Shown piece after piece: positions 48,736 to 64,000 of a DNA stretch of 64,000 bases. The position numbers and the translations under genes were made by a program. How positions within the stretch are numbered: the stretch's first letter is position 1; each line of letters opens with the position of its first letter. The DNA is from the human T2T-CHM13v2.0 reference genome, Homo sapiens. The notes below the pieces were generated by a model. That model did no database searches and was not told where the DNA came from. It was given only the letters and a program-made list of their open reading frames with translations. The stretch lies in the NCBI GenBank assembly GCA_009914755.4, contig CP086569.2:1632001-1696000 (forward strand), given 5' to 3'.

Positions 48736-49539
48736 CAGACATTGATTCTCCCACAGTCAAGACAGGGGAAGACCATGGAGAGGAGGGTCATGTATCTGTA
48801 ACTCTTGAACATTTTATTCCAGGATCAAGTAAACGTGCCAATATTTGGGTTAGCTTTCTGCTTTTTCTCCGGCAAAACACGACAATTTACACTGCATTGA
48901 ATTTAAGGATGGTTGCTTTCTCCTTGACATGCCAACAGAACAAACAGGGTCTCCGATTCTGAAATGACTCCAGATTTGGGAGACAAAGTTGTGTCAGCCA
49001 ATTTCTACAGATGCTGTCTGTAGACTCTGCTTGTGCCTGCATTTGGCTTTACAGATTCAGGCTGTGTTTCTGGAGCCGCCTCGCACGTTCTCCTCTATTG
49101 AGATTATAAAATTATCAAAAGCTTGAAGGTAAATGCTCTCTGTTGACTCAACACGATTACAACTTTGTGTGTGTGTGTTTGCTGCAGTGCAGCGCACAAG
49201 TTTTATAGGACAACCTGAGCCTTCATTTCTTCAGTTTGACATTCTGAGTTTAAGACAAAGGGAATGATCACCCCGCCGTGTTCTTGGTAAAGGAAGAGTG
49301 TTAGAGCATCATGGCAGTATTCTTCCAGCCTCCAGGAAGAGAAGCTTTTAAAATGACAATTTCTGATTTGACATTTTCACTTGTAACACCCTAGAGGTAT
49401 AGGCAGGTCTTGCATCTGCAAAAGGTTATTGCTGTGGAGAATTGGGAGCTGTGGTAAATGAAGTGTGACCGCCTTGCCCACAGTAAGGCAGGGAAGACAA
49501 GAGAATGTAAAAAATGTGAATACCTTGAGGAAGACAGTG

Positions 49540-50130
49540 TGCTAATTCCTCAAGGATCTAGAACCAGAAGTACCTTTTGACCCAGCAATCCCATTACTGG
49601 GTATATACCCAAAGGATTATAAGTCATTCTACTATAAAGACTCATGCACACTTATGTTTATTGTGGCACTGTTCACAATAGCAAAAACTTGGAACCAACC
49701 CAAATGCTCATCAGTGATAGTCTGGATAAAGAAAATGTAGCACATATACACCATGGAATACTCTGCAGCCATCAAAAGGAACAAAATCATGTCCTTTGCA
49801 GGGACAGGGATGAAGCTGGAAACCATCATCCTCAGCAAACTAACACAAGAACAGAAAACCAAACACTGCATGTTCTCACTCATAAGTGGGAGTTGAACAA
49901 TGAGAACACATGGACACAGGGAGGGGAACATCACACACCAGAACCTGTCAGGGGAGGGGGGCTAGGGGAGGGATAGCATTAGGGGAAATACCTTATGTAT
50001 ATAATGGGTTGATGGGTGCAGCAAACCACCATGGCACATGTATACCTATGTAACAAAACTGCCCACGCTGCACATGTACCCCAGAACTTAAAGTATAATT
50101 TAAAAAAAAAAAGAAAAAAAATGTGCAATA
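49540..50130 (+). mobile_element. L1PA (intermediate-age) 3' end with poly(A)
   Basis: ..CCAGCAATCCCATTACTGGGTATATACCCAAAGGATTATAAGTCATTCTACTATAAAGACTCATGCACACTTATGTTTATTGTGGCACTGTTCACAATAGCAAAAACTTGGAACCAACCCAAATGC...CTCACTCATAAGTGGGAGTTGAACAATGAGAACACATGGACACAGGGAGGGGAACATCACACACC...GTAACAAAACTGCCCACGCTGCACATGTACCCCAGAACTTAAAGTATAATTTAAAAAAAAAAAG. Confidence 0.9.
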
Positions 50131-50559
50131 CTCACCAGATGATGTTCCAAGTTGTTTAGCTGCAATAGTGACTGGCTTAATGCATTAGTTTGCCCCCCTT
50201 TTTCCTTATTATTTTGTTATCCCAAAAAACCTTTCCTACAGGGGCTAAGAATATATGGGAAATTCCAATATACCATTTCTGGGGAAACCCAAGCAAATAA
50301 CAGACAGGGGTTATGGCCACACCGTGCTTTCTGGATATTTGTACTATTACGAGTGGAAATGTGTCCTATGCCAAATTCATAGATTGACGTCCTAAATCTC
50401 AGTTCCTCAGACTGTGATCTTGTTTGGAAGTACATCATTGCAGATGTAATTAATTAGTTCTGTTAGGATGAGGTCAGGCTGGAGTCAAATGGGCCCCTAA
50501 TCTAATATAAATGTTGTCTTCATCCATTTGAGCATCTATCACGAGATGTCATAAATTGG

Positions 50560-50700
50560 GTTGGTTTGAAATAACGGGAGTTTATCACTCACAGCTCTGT
50601 TGGCTAGAATTTCAAGATCAAAGGGTGGAAGATTCAGTGTGTGGGAACGGCTTCCTGGTTCACAGACGGTGCCTTCTCACTATGCCCTTACATGGTACCG
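50560..50700 (-). mobile_element. MaLR-type LTR portion (antisense) leading directly into the 59-bp array
   Basis: GGCTTCCTGGTTCACAGACGGTGCCTTCTCACTATGCCCTTACATGGTA.. matches the MaLR antisense ..CTTCCTGGTTCATAGACGGCGCCTTCTCGCTGTGTCCTCACATGGTGGAAG. Confidence 0.55.
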
Positions 50701-53700
50701 CCTCCGCCAACAGGGAACAGATTTCAGCATGAGACCCAAACACCTCCACCCAGTCCCACCTCCATCACTGGGAACCAGATTTCAGCATGAGACCCAAACC
50801 CCTCACCCAGCCCCACCTCCATCACTGGGAACAAGATTTCAGCATGAGACCAAACACCCTCACACAGACTCACCTCCAACAATGGGGACCAGATTTCAGC
50901 ACGAGACCAAACACCCTCACCGAGCCCCACCTCCAACACTAGGGACCAGATTTCAACATGAGAAACAAACACCTCCATCCAGCCTCACCACTAATACGGG
51001 GGACCAGATTTCAGCATGAGACCCAAACACCCTCACCCAGCCCCACCTCCCACACTGGGAACAAGATTCCAGCATGAGACCAAACACCCTCACACAGACT
51101 CACCTCCAACAATGGGGACCAGATTTCAGCAATAGACCCAAACACCCTCACCCAGCCCCACCTCCAAACTGGGGACCAGATTTCAGCATGAGACCCAAAC
51201 ACACTCACGCAGCCCCAACTCCAACACTGGGGACCAGATTTCAGCATGAGACACACACACCTCCACCCGGCCTCACCCCCAACACTGGAGACCAGATTTC
51301 AGCATGAGACCCAAACACCCTCATCCAGACCCACCTCCAACAATGGGGACCAGATTACAGCATGAGACCCAAACACTTCCACCCAGCCCCACCGCCAACA
51401 CTGGGGACCAGATTTCAGCAGGAGACCCAAACACCCTCATCCAGACCCAACTCCAACATTGGTGACCAGATTTCAGCATCAGAACCAAACACCCTCACCC
51501 AGCCCCACCCCTAACACTGGGGACAAGATTTCAGCATGAGACCCAAACAACTCTATCCAGCCTCACCACCAACACTGGGGACCAGATTTCAGCATGACGC
51601 CTAAACACCCTCACACAGACCCACCTCCAACACTGGAGACAGATTTCAGCATGACATGCAAACATCTCGACCCAGCCCCACCTCCAACACTGGGAACCAG
51701 ATTTCAGAATGAGACCCAAACACTTCCACCCAGCCCCACCTCCAACATTGGGGAGCAGATTTCAGAATGAGACCCAAACACCTCCACCTGGCCTCACCTC
51801 CAACTTCAGGGACCAGATTTCAGCATAAGACACAAACACCTCCACCCAGACCCACATCAAACACTGGGAACAAGATATCAGCATGAGACCCAAACACGTC
51901 CACCCAGCCCCACCTCCAACAATGGGGACCAGATTTAAGCATGAGGCGAAAACACCCTCACCCAGACCCACCTCCAACACTGGGGACCAGATTTCCGCAT
52001 GGCACCCAAACACGCTCATCCAGACCCACCTCCAACATCGGTGAAAAGATTTCAGCATGAGACCCAAACACGCTCACCCAGCCCCACCCCTAACACTGGG
52101 AACAAGATATCAGCATGAGACCCAAACACCCTCACCCAGCCCCACCTCCAACAATGGGGACCAGATTTCAGCATGAGACCCAAACACCTCCACCTGGCCT
52201 CATCCCCAACACTGGGGACCAGATTTCAACATGAGACGCAAACACCTCCACCTGGCCTCACCTCCAACTTCAGGGACCAGATTACAGCATGAGACCCAAA
52301 CACCTCCACCCAGACCTACCTACAACACTGGGAAACAGATTTCTGCCTGAGACCCAGACACCTCCATCCAGCTTCACCACCAGCACTGGGGACCAGATTT
52401 CAGCATGAGACCCAAACACCCTCAGCCAGCCCCACCTCCAACACTGCGGACGAGATTTCAGCATGAGACCCAAACATCCTCACCCAGCCCCACCCCTAAC
52501 ACTTGGGACCAGATTTCAGCATGAGACCCAAACACCCTCACCCAGCACCCCCTCCAACACTGGGGATGAGATTTCAGCATGAGACCCAAACACCCTCACA
52601 GAGCCCCACCCCTAACGCTGGGGACCAGTTTTCAGCATGAGACCCAAACACCTCCATCCAGCCTCACCACCAACACTGGGGACCAGATTTCAGCATGAGG
52701 CCCAAATACCCTCACCCAGACCCACCTCCAACACTGGGGACGAGATTTCAGCATGAGGCCCAAACACCCTCACGCAGACCCACCTCCAAAACTGGGGACC
52801 AGATTTCAGCATGAGACCCAAACACCTCCACCCAGCCTCAACACCAATACTGGAGACCAGATTTCAACATGAGACCCAAACACCTCCACCCGGCCTCAAC
52901 ACCAATACTGGAGACCAGATTTCAACATGAGACCCAAACACCTCCACCCAGCCTCACATCCAATACTGGAGACCAGATTTCAGCATGAAGCCCAAACACC
53001 CTCACCCAGCCCCATCTCCAATAATGGGTACCGGATTTCATCATGAGACCCAAACGCTTCAACCCAGCCCCAACTGCAACACTGGGGAACAGATTTCAGC
53101 ATGAGACACAAACACCCTCCCCAAGACCCACCTCAAACACTGGGGACCAGATTTCAGCATGAGACCCAAACACCTTCACCCAGCACCACCCCTAACACTG
53201 GGGACCAGATTTCAGCATGAGACCCAAACACCTTCACCCAGCACCACCCCTAACACTGGGGGCCAGATTTCAGCATGAGACCCAAACACCCTCACCCAGC
53301 CCCACCTCCAACACTGGGGACAAGATTTCAGCATGAGACCCAAACACCCTCACCCAGCCCCACCCCTAACACTTGGGGACCAGATTTCAGCATGAGACCC
53401 AAACACCTCCATCCAGCCTCACCTCACCTGGGACCAGATTTCAGCATGAGACCCGAACACCTCCATCCAGCTTCACCACCAACACTGGGGACCAGATTTC
53501 AGCATGAGGCCCAAATACCCTCACCCAGACCCACCTCCAACACTGGGGACCGGATTTCAGCATGAGACCCAAACACCTCCATCCAGCCTCACCACCAACA
53601 CTGGGGACCAGATTTTAGCATGAGACCCAAACACCCTCACCCAGCCCCACCCCTAACACTTGGGACCAGATTTCAGCATGAGACCCGAACACCCTCACCC

Positions 53701-54335
53701 AGCACCCCCTCCAACATTGGTGACCAGATTTCAGCATGAGACCCAAACACCCGCACCCAGCCCCACCCCTAACACTGGGGACCAGAATTCAGCATGAGAC
53801 CCAAACACCTCCATCCAGACTCACCTCCAACTTTGGGGACCAGATTTCATCATGAGATCCAAACACCTCCATCCGACTGGCCTCACCTCCAACAGTTGGG
53901 GCCAGATTTCAGCATGAGACCCAAACACCTCCATCCGGCCGGCCTCACCTCCAACATTGGGGACCAGATTTCAGCGTGAGACCCAGACACCCTCACCCAG
54001 CACCCCCCCAACACTGGGGACCAGATTTCAGCATGAGAGCGAAACACCTCCATCCAGCCTCACCACCAATACTGGGGACCAGATTTCTGCATGAGACTCA
54101 AACACCTCCATGCAGCCGGCTTCACCTCCAACACTGGGGCGAGATTTCAGCATGATACCCAAACACTTCCACCTGGCCTCACCTCCAACACTGGGGCGAG
54201 ATTTCAGCATGATACCCAAACACTTCCACCTGGCCTCACCTGTAACAGTGGAGACCAGATTTCAGCATGATTCCCAAACACCTCCACCTGGCCTCACCTC
54301 CAACATCAGGGATCAGATTTCAGCATGAGATTTGG
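50690..54335. repeat. Satellite-like tandem array of a ~59-bp unit x~62 (3.6 kb), with the unit derived from the terminal ~60 nt of a MaLR LTR
   Basis: Unit CCAGATTTCAGCATGAGACCCAAACACC(C/T)TCACCCAGCCCCACCTCCAACACTGGGGA has a period of 59 bp (for example 50772->50831). Perfectly identical adjacent units occur at 53160-53280 and 54130-54230. The ORFs 50600-54328 are artefacts. Confidence 0.9.
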
Positions 54336-54689
54336 AGAAGACAAACATGCCGACTATATCAGCCACCGCGCCTGGCCACAGATATTTAGTCCTTAGCAAC
54401 TGGTGTCCTTATGAAAAGGGGGAAATGGGATGTGAATGGCGAGAAGCTATGGGAACTTTGCAGTGATGCTGCCCCAAGTCAAGGAAGTAACAGATGCCAG
54501 AAAAGGCAAGGAAGGATTCCTCCCTGGATCCCTCAGAGGAAACGCAGGTCTGCAGACACCTTAATCTCAGACGTCTGGACTCCAGAACTGGGTGAATCTA
54601 CACTTCTGTTATTTAAGCCACTCTGTTTTCTGTATTTTGTTAGATCTGCTCCAGCAAACTAACATTTTATTCCTGTACCTGAACATTGA

Positions 54690-55261
<572 letters not shown>

Positions 55262-55329
55262 TAACATTTTATTCCTGCACCTGAACATTGAAACTCAGCT
55301 ATGAATGAGTAGGTTCATACTGGACAGCA

Positions 55330-55626
<297 letters not shown>

Positions 55627-56214
55627 CTGCAATGGACTGTGTTTTTCTAACGTCATCCTCATAGACTCAAAGGCATCTCTCGGCCTTCAGTCCACCTGGG
55701 TGGCTCATCACAACTTTACAACCCTGCTGTCCCATCTGGGTAGAATTCCACCTGCGTTCATTCCACCAGCACGATTTTATGACCCTGCTGTCCAAAAGTA
55801 TATGTACGTTAGCTTGATTTAGCTGTTCCACAATGTGTATATATATATTGCAAAATAACATAGCGTGCCATGGTAAATAAATGCCATTTAAATCTGTCAA
55901 TTTCAAAACGATAAAACTTTAAATATAATAGGGCAAATTTACCAACTGCAATAAACAAGCAAAACCTGAGGATTGGTTCACTGTAAACTGTAATAGGGTT
56001 CTTGACAGGGTAAAGGAACAGGCTGGGAGCTTCAGAGCAAGCAAAGTTCTTCAGACACTTTAAACTTTGATGTCTGGACTCCAGAACTGAGAGGGTCTAC
56101 ACTTCTGTTATTTCAGCCATTCAGTTTGCTGCATTTTTGTTAGATCTGTCCCAGCAAACTAACATGCATTGATCAAAAGTATTCAGGTATTTCATTCCTG
56201 CACCTGAAAATTGA

Positions 56215-56575
<361 letters not shown>

Positions 56576-57107
56576 TGCAATGGACTACGTTTTTCTAACG
56601 TCATCCTCATAGACTCAAAGGCATCTCTCGGCCTTCAGTCCACCTGGGTGGCTCATCGCAATTTTACAACCCTGCTGTCCAAAAGCGTATGTACAATAGT
56701 TTCATTTAGCTTTTCCACAATGTGTGTAGATGTTACAAAAGCACATAGTGTGCATGATAAATAAATGCAATTTAAATGTACTAATGTTAAAAGTAAAAAT
56801 GTTTAAAATAATAGGGCAAATTTATCATTCCAATTTTAGTATACGTGCTGCCAAAGTGAGCATGGCAAAGTTATCAACTGCAACAAACAAACCAAATGCA
56901 AATTGTAATAGTGTCCTTGAGACAGGAAAAACGGACCCTTGGCCCTTCACTGGGAATGCAGTTCTGTGGACACCTTAATCTCAGACGTCTAGAGTGCCCT
57001 AGAACAGTGAGTCTAAATTTGTGTTGTTTAAGCCACTCTGTGGTATTTTGTTAGATTTGCCCTAGCAAACGAATATGCATGGAACAAAAACAAAGCTCAT
57101 CCCAGCA

Positions 57108-57718
<611 letters not shown>

Positions 57719-57940
57719 GGCCAGGGCCAGTGGCTCAAGCCTGTAATCTCAGCACTTTGGGAGGCCAAGGCCGGCGGATCACCTGAGGTCAGGAGTTCGA
57801 GACAAGCCTGGCCAACATGGTGAAACCCTGTCTCTACTAAAAATACAAAAGTTAGCCAGGCATGGTGGCGGGCACCTGTAATCCCAACTACTTGGGAGGC
57901 TGAGGCAGGAGAATCGCTTAAACCTGGGAGGTGGAGGGGC
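57719..57940 (+). mobile_element. Alu, 3'-truncated, abutted by the next Alu
   Basis: GGCCAGGGCCAGTGGCTCAAGCCTGTAATCTCAGCACTTTGGGAGGCCAAGGCCGGCGGATCACC...GCTTAAACCTGGGAGGTGGAGG. Confidence 0.85.
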
Positions 57941-58255
57941 CAGGCGTGGTGCCTCATACCTGTAATCCCAGCACTTTGGGAGGCCAAGGCAGGCGGATTC
58001 ACGAGGTTAGGAGTTTGAGGCCAGTTTGACCAACATGGTGAAGCCCTGTCTCTACTAAAAATACAAAAATTAGCCAGGCGTGGTGGTGCACACCTGTAAT
58101 CCCAGCTACCCTGGAGGCAGGAGGAGGCAGGAGAATTGCTTGAACCTGGAAGGCGGAGGTTGCAGTGAGCTGAGATCATACCACTGCACTGCAGTCTGGG
58201 CGACAAAGTAAGAGTGTGTTTCAAAAAAAAAAAAAAAGTGAAAAAGCAATGGACT
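57941..58255 (+). mobile_element. Alu, full length
   Basis: GGCCAGGCGTGGTGCCTCATACCTGTAATCCCAGCACTTTGGGAGGCCAAGGCAGGCGGATTCACGAGG...poly(A). Confidence 0.9.
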
Positions 58256-58532
58256 GTGAATGACATTCATATCTTAAATTCCCACACACATCGTGAAACT
58301 GGCTGCTTTCAGCTTTACGGAAAACCCAGGGAGGATGATTTCAATGTTTAGCAAATACTGGATCAATATTGAAAACAGGGTCTACTATTTTTCCACTCAC
58401 ACGAGACAGTGGGTGAGACCCAGCCATTCTCCATAAGTTGGAGGCATCTGCTCTTGTTTAAACTCATATCCAAACATGGAAATATGAACTTACTTGGAAA
58501 AATGATCTTTTGGAATAAAGATTATTATTATT

Positions 58533-58819
58533 TTTTTTTGAGACAGAGTTTCTCTCTTGTTGCCCAGGCTGGAGTGCAGTGGCATGATCTCAGCTCACTG
58601 CAACCTCCCCTTCCGGGTTCAAGCAATTCTCCTGCCTCAGCGTCCTGAGAAGCTGGCACTACAGGCACCCGCCACCATGCCCAGCTAATTTTGTATTTTT
58701 AGTAGAGACAGGGTTTTGCCATGTTGGCCAGGCTGGTCTTGAACTCCCGACCTCAGATGATCTGCTTGCCTCGGCCTCCTTAAGTGCTAGGATTACAGGC
58801 GTGAGCCACCGCGCCCAGC
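58533..58819 (-). mobile_element. Alu with 16-bp TSD TGGAATAAAGATTATT
   Basis: poly(T) then GAGACAGAGTTTCTCTCTTGTTGCCCAGGCTGGAGTGCAGTGGCATGATCTCAGCTCACTGCAACC...GCGTGAGCCACCGCGCCCAGC. Confidence 0.95.
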
Positions 58820-59185
58820 TTGGAATAAAGATTATTTACACGTGTAAACATTCAGAATTTTTATGTAATCTTTACTAATTAGATAAGTGAACTTACTTGG
58901 GTTCCACCACACAGTAGCAGAAAAGTAGCAGAAAAGGCTCGCTTAATTGGCTAGCCCATGGACTTGGGTCCCATTCAGATTTCCAGGTGGGAGTGGGTGT
59001 GTGGTGCCCGCCAGGTCTAGGGTGGGTGGAATAACACAGGACTGCTTTGAAAGGTCTTCAGAGAACCTATTGTTAGTTCATTCATACTTCCCAGCTCATA
59101 ATGATAAATTAATTTGCTTCAATGAGGCTGAAACGACGATATCCATGTTATCTGACGGGGTCACCATATTGAAAGTCATGCACGG

Positions 59186-59880
<695 letters not shown>

Positions 59881-60097
59881 GTCATACATGGTACTTAGAT
59901 GGAGCTGGAGTAAGGTCACGTAACAGAACCACCTCGTTGTGACCCTTTGCAGTTCAAGTTGGTGAAAGAGCCGGCTCTGGGACTCAAAGAGGTGGCTGGG
60001 AGACAGGGAGTGAGGGATTAGGTGAGCTGATGTCTGGTCATACCCAAGGACTAGGAGGAAGACAGCGGAACGGTGGCAGCTCTCGTCTCCAATATAA

Positions 60098-60403
<306 letters not shown>

Positions 60404-61321
60404 CTCCAATATAATTTTCTTACACTTGACCTTTGCCATGGCCTCCATGGATAGAATCCAGGCTGCAACCTGGCCAGGAGGCTCTAAATGCATTCCCAAA
60501 GCCAGGGAAGTCAGAGAAACTCAAGGCAGCACGGGCCATCTTGGCCACGTCGTCCGTTGGAGAAGGTTTTGGGCTGTAACATGTTGGAATAAATTTTAGA
60601 AAGTGCCTTCAAGAATGTTGCTGAGCTGTGTTGAACGCTGATGGAAAGTTATGCATTGTCACGTATGGGGTTCTCCAAAAGTGACAGCTCTCCGAGGAGT
60701 TGGCTTCTGTGTCCTCCAATTTAATTTTAAATTGCCCTCAGGGAGGTGCTGGGAACCTCTTTCCCTGGAGGCTGTGAGCGATGGGAGAGAAGCCATCTGT
60801 CTGCCTCGCTTGGGTGCTAGTAACACAATGCAGCTCATCTTCCAGCTTCCAAAGCAGGATGATATACGCGTCATTCCTCACGATGTACACACCGAAGGCA
60901 AGAAAAAGAAATCCACCAAAAGACCCACTTTTACATCTTCTTATGCTTTCAAACTCAGGCATGAAGTGTCTTCACATACAGAATGGTTGTGATTCTTTTT
61001 TAATTACAACCATTTCTGTGAGAGCCTGCACAGCACAGATAAAGCCACCAGAGAGAAACATTCATGAAAATGAAACGTCGTGTTTGGAAATAATAATGGA
61101 AGAAATCAGTATGTACGTTGCCGGCTCAGGGGAGATTTACCTTGTTAATTCGACATGAAGGCCGTGAGGCAGAAATGCATTCTTAATTTAACTGTACTGT
61201 GTTTACAGATTTATGAAGATTATAGTAGTAAATGCAAATAGGCATTGGCATGAATATGGAAAGGAGGATGTAAAATGTGATTAAAAATTACAAATGGAGA
61301 AGAAAAGGAAACAATAATCAT

Positions 61322-61411
61322 GAAGGAAGGAAAGAAAGAAAGAAAAAAGAAAGAAGGAAGGAAGGAAAAGGAAGGAAGGAAGGGAAGGGAAGGAAGGGAA
61401 AGGAAAGGAAG

Positions 61412-61469
<58 letters not shown>

Positions 61470-61728
61470 GGAAGGAAGGAAGGGAAGGGAAAGGAAAGGA
61501 AAGGAAGGGAAGAAAGAAAGAAAGAGAAAGAGAGAAAGAAAGAAAAAGAAAGAAAAGAAGGAAGGAAAGAAAGAAAGAAAAGAAGGAAGGAAAGAAAGAG
61601 AGAAAGAGAGATGGACGGAAGGGAAGGAAAGGGAAGGGAAGGAAAGGGAGAGAGAGAGAAAAAAAAAGAAAGAAAGGAAGGAAGGAAGGGGAAAGGAAAG
61701 GAAAAGAGAAAAAGAAAAGAAAGAAATA
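61322..61728. repeat. ~400-bp purine-only (GAAA/GGAA/GGGAA)n tract
   Basis: gaaggaaggaaagaaagaaagaaaaaagaaagaaggaagg...(aaag)16... The ORFs 61220-61871 (K/E/R-rich on + and F/L/S-rich on -) are artefacts. Confidence 0.95.
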
Positions 61729-62291
61729 GGAGAAATACAAGGATATAGGATTGGGAAGATCCAACATAGGAGAGAGGCAGACGAAATTCCAAAGATCATC
61801 ATAAAAAACATCTCAGGAAAAGAGATCTGAACAGCAATCCATTCACAATGCAGTAGGAGAGTACAAGACATTAATCAATCCATGAAACTGATTGATTTTC
61901 AGAAACTCTACAAACAGGCACTATTTCTTCTGCGAATCCACTGCCAGGTTGATTAATCCGCTGGTTTCTCACTCTCCCTTCATGTTGGTAACACCCAAAT
62001 CCACGATACCTCCCAATTGAGGAAGCATGGATTGCATCAGCCTGGTTTTTAGCAGAAAATGGCTAGCTTGCTCATTTAGGATTTTTAAAAGCCTGCACAG
62101 ATAAACGGAAAGGGTTAAGAAAATTCCCAGTGGCTGCGGATCCTCCCAGAGCTTACTAACATAGCAGAGAAGTTTCATCACCCCTGAGCTTCCAGGTCAA
62201 AAGACAATGAGGTCAAGATACTGTTAAGGCTCATTCAACAGCAAGGGTCTCTGCAGCAGACAGGCTGCCCAACAAAAGACGTAGTTGATGA

Positions 62292-62730
<439 letters not shown>

Positions 62731-63584
62731 TAGAAAAGCTCCAGAAACCTTGGGTGATGAAATCCAAAGTCATCAGCCTCTTGGAGATGTAAATTTGATC
62801 AAACGGAGGGAAATGTAGTGTGTCTGGTATACGTATCAAGTGCTGAGGGTCGGTCATCTGAAGTCCGCTCTTACCAGGCTAAAAGTTAGGTGTGGGAGAG
62901 TCTATTAGTTCTTCACAATTCTTCTTCCTCTCTAACTGGTCTCTGGCTCATGCCCCACGGGAGAAGCACGCCTCCTGCCCCCACTAACTTTGGACTGCCA
63001 TCTGATTTGTTTTTGCTTATAGAATGTTGGTCAGTGCTGTTGCGGTAAACTGAGGAACGGAGAGACCAATACGGAGTACAGGAGGATTTGTTTATTTTTA
63101 GGTACACACTGGCTCAGCAGAATCGCGTTTAAAAAGCTCAGCATTGAACAAAGACGGAGCGGGGGTTTCATAAGCGGCCTTATAACATAACTCGTGACCT
63201 TGCATAGCTGGTGGCCTTGTAGCTGCATTGAAAGAAAAACAAGAACTGGCTAAATACAGACATTTGTAAAACATAGTCATGCTTAAGAAGCCTGGGAAAA
63301 GAGTAACAGTAAAATAATCTGTCTTTCTCTTTTTTCCTTCAACCTTGCTCTGGAAGGCGGGTGGGGTGTCTGGAGCCCATTCCTTTGGCCTTGGCTACTG
63401 TGACAGTGTTACTTTATAACTATCCTTGAAGTGAGCTGGTAGGCAGAGGAAAACTTGTTCTTTTCTCTCTTTTTTTTTTTTTAACCCTTGCCTTGCCACA
63501 TTCTGGGCCTTAGCTTTGACTTTTCTTGGAGTGAATAAATGCAGGACTTATTATTTTTTAAATTTCTGCCTCAGTGGAGGCACA

Positions 63585-64000
63585 ACAGGGGTTGACACAG
63601 TGTGTTATGTCCGTTCTCATGCTACTAATAAAGACATATCTGAGACTGCGTAATTTATTAAAAAAAAAAAAAAAAGAGGTTTAATGGACTCACAGTTCCA
63701 CGTGGCTGGGGAGACCTTACAATCATGGCTGAAGGTGAAGGAGGAGCAGAGGCATGTCTTACATGGTGGCAAGCAAGAAAGCTTACGCAGGGGAACTCTC
63801 CATGATGTCTCCCAATTAAGGAGACATTGATTGCTTCAGTCTGGTTTTTGGCAGAAGACCACCAGATCTCATGAAACTTATTCACTATCACGAGAACAGC
63901 ATGGGGAAAACCAGCCTGCGTGATTCAATTACCTCCCACCAGGTTCCTTCCATGGCATGTGGGCATTATGGGAGCTACAGTTCAAGATGAGATTTGGGTG
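63585..64000 (-). mobile_element. THE1/MST-type MaLR LTR (antisense), running to the window end
   Basis: TGTGTTATGTCCGTTCTCATGCTACTAATAAAGACATATCTGAGACTGCGTAATTTATT..GAGGTTTAATGGACTCACAGTTCCACGTGGCTGGGGAGACCTTACAATCATGGCTGAAGGTGAAGGAGGAGCAGAGGCATGTCTTACATGGTGGCAAGCAAGA...CTTATTCACTATCACGAGAACAGCATGGGGAAAACC..GATTCAATTACCTCCCACCAGGTTCC..GGGAGCTACAGTTCAAGATGAGATTTGGGTG. Confidence 0.85.

Noticed and set aside
50600-54328. Dozens of 60-150-aa ORFs on both strands across the 59-bp array (proline/histidine-rich 'GTRFQHETQTP..' peptides)
   Set aside because: They are repeat-unit translations. The unit length is 59, not a multiple of 3, so the frames drift and ORFs restart every few units. There is no coding signal.
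58256-58530. Possible continuation of the THE1-type LTR (57502-57718) after the two Alus
   Set aside because: The downstream sequence shows only weak, patchy resemblance to the expected LTR continuation, so I left the LTR as a truncated fragment. The motif GCAATGGACTGTG at 58258 resembles the unit junctions of the 54.4-57.1 kb repeat. One 13-mer is too little to claim a fifth unit.
61220-61871. Highly basic K/E/R-rich ORFs (+) and F/L/S-rich ORFs (-) of 140-196 aa
   Set aside because: They are translations of a 400-bp (GAAA/GGAA)n purine tract. It is a simple repeat, not a histone-like or nucleic-acid-binding gene.
61960-62085. ~60-bp similarity between 62010-62065 (CTCCCAATTGAGGAAGCATGGATTGCATCAGCCTGGTTTTTAGCAGAAAATGGC) and 63815-63870 inside the terminal LTR
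   Set aside because: It probably reflects another fragment of a related MaLR/ERVL-family element. It is too short and diverged to annotate or interpret further without alignment tools.

Overview
This window is primate nuclear DNA, not prokaryotic. It is most likely human or another hominoid: it carries more than 55 Alu copies (some AluY-like), L1PA-type 3' ends and MaLR-type LTRs. Every ORF of 100 aa or more in the six-frame track lies in a tandem array or a simple-sequence tract, so I call no protein-coding gene. I also find no rRNA, tRNA or CRISPR.

The most striking property is a very high density of short-range tandem duplication, roughly 14-15 kb of the 64 kb. The main arrays are:
- a 3.9-kb array of 39/42/45-bp units at 43.4-47.3 kb;
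- a 3.6-kb array of 59-bp units at 50.7-54.3 kb, whose unit is derived from the terminus of a MaLR LTR;
- a ~53-bp minisatellite at 14.3-15.1 kb;
- ATCT-derived higher-order arrays at 27.7-30.5 kb;
- a ~2.3-kb palindrome with (GATA)n arms at 20.3-22.6 kb;
- several places where an Alu, or only its left monomer, has been tandemly amplified (x3, x4, about x7 and x4).

Other features include a low-copy 4-unit segmental repeat, an L1 showing the 5' inversion typical of twin priming, an L1 carrying an internal 49-bp x9 array, long purine/pyrimidine and TG/TA tracts, and small CpG-non-depleted islets in unique DNA near 38.4-41.1 kb. The overall pattern fits a minisatellite-rich, recombination-prone region, possibly subtelomeric, but that is inference only.

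All coordinates are approximate (+/-10 bp), read by eye from the line-numbered sequence. Family names are given only as far as I can recognise them.
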